A stretch of 63,911 bases of DNA, filler included, from Reclinomonas americana ATCC 50394 (taxonomy: Eukaryota), in NCBI GenBank assembly GCA_048213135.1. It is 21 parts of 21 records of this genome, joined end to end, with 100 filler letters (N's around TTAATTAATTAA, not from the genome) between each part and the next. Parts side by side here need not be neighbours in the genome. Positions count along the whole stretch, not along the records: positions 53,529 to 60,173 come from AFZH01017291.1; positions 60,274 to 61,807 come from AFZH01017296.1; positions 61,908 to 63,911 come from AFZH01017297.1; 18 more parts are not named here. The stretch is one strand, 5' to 3'. A program made the position numbers and the translations under genes. The notes below the pieces were generated by a model. That model was not told the origin of the DNA and ran no database searches. It saw only the letters and a program-made list of their open reading frames with translations. Position 1 is the first letter of the stretch. The number at the start of each line of letters is the position of its first letter. This document shows, piece by piece, positions 55,554 to 63,911 of the stretch.

Positions 55554-58500
55554 GCTGAGCGAGACAGCGAGAAACAACGAAGAAAAAAGCGAGAACGGAC
55601 AGAAGAAGGAGAGATGAAAGAGACAGAGAGCAAAGGGGGAATGCGTGCAACAATAAACAGCAACGCGATGATCGAGTGGGTGACGGGAGAGAAAGAGCGC
55701 AGAAGAGGAGAGAGAAAGAGAGAGAGAGAACAAAACCCTCAGCTTTGTCCTGCGCTAGAACGCGAGATACGGTCGTCAACATCACAAGAAAAGAAGTGCC
55801 TATCCCGTCCTTCTCCGTTCCCCACTCTTCCATTCTCCCGTTCCTATCTCTGTCCCTCTTCCTCTCCCTTCCCTCTCCCCCTTCCCTCATTGCCCACTCG
55901 ACCACCTACCGTCTTGGGCTTCCACGCCTTGTCAAACGAATCCGACTGCACCTGATCAATCGATTGCACCTTGCGACCAGACTCGCGGATAAACCACTTT
56001 TGCAGGTACTTTTCGTCAAAGAGCGCCACATAGCTGAAATCGCGCGCCTTGCGCTCCTGCATGACCTCCGCCCAGTACTGCTCGACGGAGCTGTACATGC
56101 GGGCCGACTTGGTGAAGTCCACCTTCTTGGCCATTTCGACGCCAATCAGGCGCAGCAGCGGGAGGGTGCTGGCGCCCTGCAGGCCTACCGTGATCAGCAC
56201 CAGCACCAAGGTGGTGGTGAAGATGAGCGGGGCGTGGTCGGAGGGGCCTGTGAGAGGGGGCAAGAAGGGTAAGGCGAAGGGGAAGGAAGTTAAGAGAGAA
56301 GGGAGGGAGGAGAAGAGAGAAGACGAATACGGCAGACAATACGGAAGAACAACGACGTACCAAGCTCGATGAGGAGCTCAAAAGAAGGATTTTAGCAAAC
56401 GAAATCCATATGTCACCCTCTTCCCTCAAAGACTGAAGAAATAACAGCACATAGTCATCTCTTCTCCACCCTGACACACAGGCGGTGGACGACACGAGAT
56501 GCGCCTTCCACGAAAGCAAGACCAAAGGTATCCTCTCAACCCTCTGTCTCTCAGCAGCGAAGAGAGACACAAAGGCGGTGTACCTTCACGAGAAGCGAGA
56601 CCAGAGATCTCTTTCCGAACCGATTATCTCAAAGCAGAGAAGAGAGACACAAGGGCGGTGAATAACACGAGCGATGCGTTCTCCCCACAAAGAAACAAAC
56701 GAAGCAAAATCTAAAGACGGGCACGAGAGGAAACGAGATAAGCTCTCCACAAAGAGATACAATGAACAGCGCAGTCTCCATTCTCTCAGCGCTGAAGAGA
56801 GACACAAAAGGGACACATGGCAGGAGAGAGAACTCAACACGCACACTGCTCTCTCTCTCAACCCATGACACCGCAGCACAGAAGATTCAAGAGCGACATC
56901 TCTTCAACTCCCTCTCCCTTTCCTTCTCCCCCTTCACCCCATTCCCCCTCCACGCACCATCCGGCCGCAGCATGTTAATGGCCAGTGCGAAGGCAATGGC
57001 TCCACGCAGACCGGAGAACCACATGACAAATTGGTTCTTGCCGACAATCTTCTCCTCGGGGCGGCGGAAACGGTTGAGCAGCGCCGAGATCGGGAAAATG
57101 TGCACGGCACGGCCGACCAAGCACAGAATGAGAGACCAGATGATGAATGGGAAGTCGAACTTGTGCTCGAACGTGAAGACGGCCAGGCCGAGGTAGGAGA
57201 ACACCCACGTCTCGGCCATGAAGGCGCACGAGCGCACGACGACCTCCAGTGTTTTCTGGAGAGGGCAAGGAGAAGCGAGTGAGTGAGTGGACTCTGATGA
57301 GCATGGGAGGGAAGGGAAGGTGGTCACAAAACCTCGCCGGCCGGACTCAGGTTGCGGCGTGTGTAGTAGTTCATGAAAATGCCGGCAGTGAGGATGCACA
57401 AGATGCCGGACAAGTGCATGGCCTCGGCCATCAGGTACGGCAGGAAGGAGAAGACGAGGTTCAGGGCGACCTGTTGTGGGGGGAAAGAAGGGGAAGGTGA
57501 GTATATTTTGCAGACAGTCTCCAAACGAAAAATGTGAAATGGTTCACTATTTCCCTTCTCTTTTCTCGCCTACTCTTTTCTCTCTTCCACTCTCTTCTAT
57601 TCTCCTTATAATAATAGAAACTTCACTGATCCATTCACAACAATGCGTATTTCGTCTCCTTGTGTTTCTTCTCTTCTCTGTCCTCTTTTCTTCTCTCCAA
57701 TTATCCTGCCTTGGTTATCACCTCTTTCCTTCAACGACGGAAATGATGAAGGTGCTTTTCTTCTCTTCGTCTGCACCTATCGTCTTCCATCCATTTTCTT
57801 TGCTTCCCTCTTCAATTCTCTTCACCTCCCCTCTCCTTTATATCGCTTCTCCACTTCTTTTCTTTCGTCACTTCTCTGTCTTCTATACTCTTCTCATCTC
57901 CTCTCGTCTCTCCTCTTCTCCAATCTTGTGTCTTCTCGTCTCTTCCTTCTTTCTCTTCTGCTTCTCATCCATTCTCATCATGGAAGGGAAGTCATGGATG
58001 CGATTCTCTTCACTTCGTCTCCACCTATCGTCACTTCATCTTCTTCTTTGGTTCTATTCCCCCTCCCTCTCCTCTCTTCTCTCGTCAACTCATCATCTCT
58101 CGTCTCTCCCTTCTCTTCTTCCCTCATCTTTTTTCTCTTTCTTCTCTTCTCTTCCCTCTCTCTCCTACCTCTACTTCTCATCTCAACTTTCACTTCTCCT
58201 CCACTCTTAAATGTCTTCTCATTTGCACCCATGCACTCACTTCCCCCTTCTCTCTTTTGCACTCCCTTCCCCCTTCTCCACTCCCTTCCCACACTCACCT
58301 CAATGTGCGGGTACCGATCAACTCGCACGTGCTTGAAGAAGAGCGCCGAGAGGAACGAGCCCACCACTCCGACGGCAATCGAGCCAAAGAAGAGGATGCA
58401 GAAGGAGCCGAGAGCACCGCCGACCGAGCCGAGGGAGAAGGGAGCGCCCTTGAAGGCGGCCACCGTGCTGTGCGCAAGGGAGGAGAGAAAGAGAATGAGA

Positions 58501-59701
58501 CGACGGCGAGATATGCGAGTGGCTTGCGTGGGCGTGGCGCAACTTGAACAGCACAATGGACACGGCGTCGTTGACGACACTCTCGCCAAAGACGACCATG
58601 TACAGAGTGGCATTCACACCCAGGGCGTTGAAAATGGCCAGCGTGGCGACGGGGTCGACGGCGGAGATCAGGGCGCCTGAGGGCAAGGGTGAGGGGAAAA
58701 GAATGAGGCAAGGTACAACGACTGCTTCTCTATCAGCAAATCGTTCTGAAAGAGTCTCTCAGAAACGGAACCCGAGTCAAAGGCCTTCGAAGTGAGAAAC
58801 TCGACTGTCTCTCAGTCCAGCTCTGAGCGCGATTCTCTCTCTCTCTCTCGCGGAGCAGGAGTGAGAGACTTGAAAGATCATAACCGACTATCACTCAGAA
58901 ACGCTATGAGTCTCTCAATCACGGGGCAAGAGTCCCACCCTCAATGCAACGTGTCTCTTAATCACGGAGCAAGATCACTCAGTCCAGCGCTCAGCACAAA
59001 AGTCTCTCTATCATGGTACAGGCTACGTAAAATTGAGCGTCTTCTCTCTCGCGTACTCTCTCCTTGCTCATCCCTGCGAGAACCAACTTTGCATCACTCC
59101 TCCCCTTCCACTTCTCCCTTCTCTCCCATCTCCCTTCCCCATTCGCACTCACCAAACAAATAGCAATCGAGGAACGGAACGCGCGCCGAGATACCCCACT
59201 CGCCAAACGTGTAGAGTCCCGAGCCAATCACCACGCACGACATGACGGTGCCGAAAATGGCAAACGCGCAAATGCTGCCAATGTTGGCGAAAAAGTCGCC
59301 GCGATTCATGTTGTAGCCGGCCTCGAAAATGATACCGGGCAGCAAAAAGATGAAGAACAGCTCCGGGTCGAGGCGCACAATCGAGGTGACCTCCTTGCCG
59401 GCCAGGCGGACCGACAGGCCAATGACGATGCCGATGAGGATGGTGGCGCAGCTGGAGGGGAGGAGAGAGAGAGAGGTGAGCGATGAAGACAGGAGCGCAA
59501 CGAGACAAGAGTGGATTCAAATGACAAACCTCTCGGGGAGCAAGTGGAAGTGCTGCAAGAGGAGGATTGGGTAAAACAGAGTCAGTCAGAGCTGCTGCGT
59601 AGGTGGCGATGACGAGCGGGCGAAGCGACGCAACGAATTTGAGCAGAATGTATGTGCTGGTGATGCAGAGGACGAGAATGCCAAAGAGCACCAGCAGGTA
59701 T
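54478..59701 (-). CDS. CPA1 Na+/H+ exchanger (intracellular NHE/NHX type), multi-exon, 5' end unresolved
   Basis: [76 protein letters not shown]. Confidence 0.95.
56495..56860 (+). repeat. Intronic degenerate local duplications in NHE intron
   Basis: ctctcagc-gcgaagagagacacaa and acacgag-gatgcg blocks recur. Confidence 0.55.
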
Positions 59702-59867
59702 CTGTGTGCGAGTGGGGTGAGTGGGGTGAGTGGCGGGGGAGAGGGAAGGAGGAGCAACAAAAAAGGAGACAGAACTGTCTCTTGCTTCTGTGTCTCCCTC
59801 CACTTCGTCTCGCGAATGGCAGAGTGCAAGACTGATTGCACGCCACATCGGCATATCGTGCAGAATG

Positions 59868-59906
<39 letters not shown>

Positions 59907-60273
59907 CAGACGAGACGATTCTCGCCGGCCACCACAGTGTCACCACTGAGCGAAAGAGCGCAAGACAGTTTGCGAAATGCGCACAAACCTTTGCTGCCAC
60001 AGGCAATCGTGCACAGGAGAGGACACACAGACGTGACTACCTGCCTGAACTTCTGTGTCTCACTATGTCTCAGTGTTGCGCATGTGACAGGCAAAGCCCG
60101 ATGCCACACCAGACTCAGCGAGCAATCAACGACGCGGAAGAGGGACACTATTTTCACCTGAATCAGTCGTGTCNNNNNNNNNNNNNNNNNNNNNNNNNNN
60201 NNNNNNNNNNNNNNNNNTTAATTAATTAANNNNNNNNNNNNNNNNNNNNNNNNNNNNNNNNNNNNNNNNNNNN

Positions 60274-60314
<41 letters not shown>

Positions 60315-60381
60315 GAATTGGCACACTGTGTGAGTCAAGCAAGAAATGCGCTTGATTGTACATCTTACGATGATGCATGTC

Positions 60382-60418
<37 letters not shown>

Positions 60419-60711
60419 GTCAACATAAGAGAGCGGGGCTGCAGGGGACACGCTGTAAATCCAGAAAGTAATTCGCACAGTTGTGCATTATTCGGTGACG
60501 GATGTTAGGCTGAGAGAGATAAAGAGAGACTGTGTGTCAACAGCAAACTCGTGTGGTCGCGCTTTGTCGAAGACACATCCTTTCGCGTTGAGAGAGAGAA
60601 AGAGAGAATGAGAAGTTAGGCACACTATGTGTGTCATCAACTAACTCGCGCGGTCGCGCTCTTTGAGATACCATGTCACACTCATGTCTTCCCTCACCCT
60701 TTCCCATTCAG

Positions 60712-61665
60712 CGTCGAGGATTGCCTGCAACACCAGTTCGGCGAGTTTTACCTGACGCACGCTGTCGGCGGCGCGTTCCAGGCCCTCTACGACAACTACC
60801 AGGGCATTGCGGATTCGTTTGCCAACTTTTGGGGGCAAGTGGCCAAGCGGTTCGCGAATGTGCCAAATGTGCTCGGCTATGAGGTTTGTGTTCAGTTTTC
60901 TGAAGACCCACGCTCAATCAGGATACAGGGAGTGCACGAGACAGTGAGAGAGAGGCAGATAGACAGAGAGAGAGAGACAAAGACACACAGACAAACTAAC
61001 AAAGAAATACATTGTGAGACAGACAGACCTTCCAGTGAGGCCGAGAGGGAGAACTGACGAGACGAGACGAGCGTAGAGCGAATGCCATCGTGTGTCAAGA
61101 GAATGAGAGTTGCTGTCTCGAACCTTGCCAATCTTGTCTTCTCTTGTTCTTCACATCACGCAGCTGATCAACGAACCGTGGGCTGGCGATGTCCTCGCAC
61201 ACCCATCGCTCATCCTTGAGCTCGGCCATGCAGACAAGGTCAACCTCGCCCCGCTCTACGATCGCGTCGCCAAGCAGATTCGCCAGTACGACACGCAAAA
61301 GCTGGTGTTCTACGAGCCGACCACCACCGATGTTGCGTCACATTGCCTCTTTTTCTTGAACTTGCGAGTCTTGCAGCCGTCATCTGTCTCGTTCATCGAT
61401 TCTGTCTCTCGGGTGACTTCTTTCTTAGTTCTTTCTTGCTGCTTGCCCACTCGTTGATCGGACCTCGCTCTCTCATTTGTAGGCTGTTGTCTCTGTGTCT
61501 GTGTGTTCTGCGTTCGAATCTCTCTAATCTTTTTCTCCTTCCAGTTTATGGCTGTTCTTTGATTCAGTTCTCATCATCGCTTGTCTTCCTTCCACAGGTG
61601 TATCCACTGGGCTTCCCCTCTGGCCCGCTTGGTCCCGAGTACAATGACCGCAACGTGTTGGCCTA
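60712..61665 (+). CDS. Endoglycoceramidase-like GH5 glycoside hydrolase, internal exons
   Basis: AFQALYDN..FWGQVAKRF..VLGYE|LINEPWAGD (catalytic NEP), LVFYEP and GFPSGPLG..NVLAY. Confidence 0.88.
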
Positions 61666-62085
61666 GTTGCGTCCTTCCTTCTTCATCAATCGTGTATTTT
61701 TTGGCGACTCAACTAACTCTCTTCGTTCCTCTCTCTTCTGGTCCTCTCTTCTCCCCCTTGTCCTCCACTGTGCCTCTCCTCATCTCGCCTTCTCTCCCAT
61801 ACTCTCCNNNNNNNNNNNNNNNNNNNNNNNNNNNNNNNNNNNNNNNNNNNNTTAATTAATTAANNNNNNNNNNNNNNNNNNNNNNNNNNNNNNNNNNNNN
61901 NNNNNNNGAGAGAGCAAGAGAGCACGAGCACAAGGGGTTCTTTGTTGACGCACAGGAGGAACAAGTCGGAAGGAGACTGTGTGACTTGAGTGAGAATGAG
62001 AGAGAGGAACCTTGTGCATTCTCCCCTCTCTTCCCTTCTCTCTCCCTTGTCTCTCTCTGTGCGCATTTTGCAACTCAACAACACT

Positions 62086-62351
62086 CCCTCCTCCTCGGGC
62101 CTGTACTTCCCGCCTCCTCCCATTGGTGCAGCAGCAAGTGCGCCTTTGTCCATTCCATCCGCCTGTGTCGCCACTGCTCCTGCCTCTCTTGTTGCTGTTG
62201 TTGTTGTTAATGTTGTGTGATCGCGAAGCAGTTGTGAGAGAGGTCGCGGTCGCAGATATGCATCTTGTTCTTCTTCTTCTTCGTCTGCTGCGTCGGCGTC
62301 GATGTCGACGCGGGTGGTGGAGGGCGCTGGTTGGCTGTGAGAGCAGCCCAT
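62086..62351 (-). CDS. Unknown protein with N-terminal MGCxxS acylation motif, first exon
   Basis: MGCSHSQP... The ORF runs toward the gap and the exon end is uncertain. Confidence 0.5.
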
Positions 62352-62464
62352 TTCACATGCGAGCAGGGTGTGGGGGGAGAGAGAGAGAAAGAGATAAGGA
62401 CTTGTCCTGTTCTGTTACGATCGGGAAATCGTTCTGCAGCAGCAACAAAGGGTATCGCTGGTAA

Positions 62465-62823
62465 GCGAGCACCACAAACTGCAACTGAGCAAGAGGCAGT
62501 CCGCAGTGGAAACACATGAACAGCAGACAGACATAGAATTCACGTACAGTTGCAATATTAATATCGAATTTGAATTCTCTGCGGCTGATGATCGCAAGTC
62601 CAACAAACAAGCACAGCTGTCTTGACGACCAAGTCCATCTGTCCAAAACATCAACACAAACGCCAGTCCTGAGGCAGCAGCTGGTTTCTTGTGTGGCGCT
62701 GCGCGATCGATCTTCAAACCGCATAAGCGTGATTGAACAGTGGATTTGACGCACCTGCATAGACGCAGCGTTTATAGAATGACCAATCTCGGTAATGGCC
62801 GTAGCCAGAAACAAAGCAAAGCC
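62465..62823 (-). repeat. Dispersed repeat family, copy C (inverted)
   Basis: The reverse complement aligns with copies at 39148-39510 and 829-1037. Confidence 0.88.
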
Positions 62824-63402
62824 GCAGTGCGAGTTTGCCGTTCGCGTGGACAATTAATTGCGCGGGAAATTGTGCACCAACGCTCGGCAATTCTATGTGC
62901 TTGCTGGCAAGTATGCCCTATATATCCGCGCAGGTCTCGGTACGTGCAGCTGCGGAATCGTAGCTGACTCCGACATGTACTTTAAATTTTGTCCGATTTC
63001 AGGCAAAAAGACACTGTGTGCATGCACGCTGCGTGCTTATTGCGAACCTCAAGTGCCGCTGCGACCCGCAACCCTTGCCGACAACAATCTCTCGAACAGT
63101 CTGCATTCCGAATGCGTAACAAATTGCAATTGGCATATGCATGCGCAATTTCATTCCTCTGTGCGCAGCGCTGCGACTGTCCCCCCAGGGCCCTCAATCG
63201 CACCACCTGCATGCACCCGAATCGCACACACACACACACACCCGCTATTTCACGTATGGGCCCGGTCCACACCGGGACCTCTCACATTGGTCGAAATTGA
63301 GCGCGTTCGGTTTTCTCACCCGATATTTCACACGCACTTGCGGACACGGCTAATAAACCAAACTTGTGTCGGTGTCTGTGGAGAGCGGACAACGCAGAAA
63401 GA

Positions 63403-63802
63403 ATGAGCGCCTTCCGCCTGTCTCTTGTGTTCTGCATCATAGCGCTACTCGCAATGAGCGCGCTGCTGGCCATGGCCAACGACGCCACCGAAGAACGAGG
63501 TGAGCTACAACACACACTCGCTGCATTGCATCCCCTCCGTCTCTCTCACACACTCACTCTCACACGCAGTGGAGCATCGCCGTCCACGACACATTCGATG
63601 GACGAGTCACAAGGTGATGGAGCGACGTGCAGCGCGTGCGGCTGCTCGTGCGGCTGCCGCAGTGGAGGAGGATGCAGAGTCGCGTCTGCGAGGTGGTGTC
63701 AGCACGCAGGCTTTCACGGTCGACACGACGCAGCTGTTGGCGCCACACACGGGGCCTATCATCCCCAACGTGAAGACGTACGCCATCTTCTGGGGCACCA
63801 CG
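63403..63802 (+). CDS. Secreted protein, possibly PHI-1/EXORDIUM-like; first two exons
   Basis: Signal peptide MSAFRLSLVFCIIALLAMSALLAMA. Exon 2 ends HTGPIIPNVKTYAIFWGT, similar to the YHxGPxL...YxIWYG motif. Confidence 0.5.
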
Positions 63803-63845
63803 GTGAGTGTGAGTGGAGAGGAGAGAGAGAGAGCGAGAGAAAGAG

Positions 63846-63886
<41 letters not shown>

Positions 63887-63911
63887 GAGGGAGGGAGGGA
63901 GGGAGGAGAGT

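Noticed and set aside
54233..55905. Long L/S/F-rich or R/E/G-rich ORFs (also 30922-31782, 57643-58680, 33657-34397)
   Set aside because: Stop-poor translations of CT/AG-rich introns, not proteins.
61663..61668. Apparent in-frame TAG in endoglycoceramidase suggesting stop-codon recoding
   Set aside because: Explained by a TA|GTTGCG intron splitting a Tyr codon. The standard code fits all genes examined.

Overview
Eukaryotic (protist-like, GC-rich coding) scaffold, not a prokaryotic genome. It consists of 21 contigs joined by 20 artificial 100-nt spacers (N-run + TTAATTAATTAA + N-run). Several genes continue in order across the spacers, so they are scaffold gaps. About 20 tightly packed, mostly intron-rich genes were reconstructed by hand: MFS transporter 5' exon, SnoaL-like protein, WD40 protein, NACHT-pentapeptide-WD40 NLR-like protein, AsnRS, ankyrin protein, a gustatory-receptor-like/DUF3537 7TM protein, condensin CAP-G, TBCE, an FAD monooxygenase-DUF4166 fusion, TEN1, a secreted EGF-repeat protein, mucolipin, Beclin/Atg6, EMC10, a Na+/H+ exchanger, endoglycoceramidase and several unknowns. 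The most notable observations are: (1) a large class of atypical 5' splice sites, H|GTTGCG, never preceded by exonic G; (2) long introns polarised as G/A-rich at the 5' end and C/T-rich at the 3' end; (3) an ankyrin ORF that reads without a stop into the AsnRS start; (4) a 7TM ion-channel-like chemoreceptor homologue; (5) a dispersed repeat of about 300-400 bp found upstream of genes. All family calls come from motif recognition by eye, and no searches were run.
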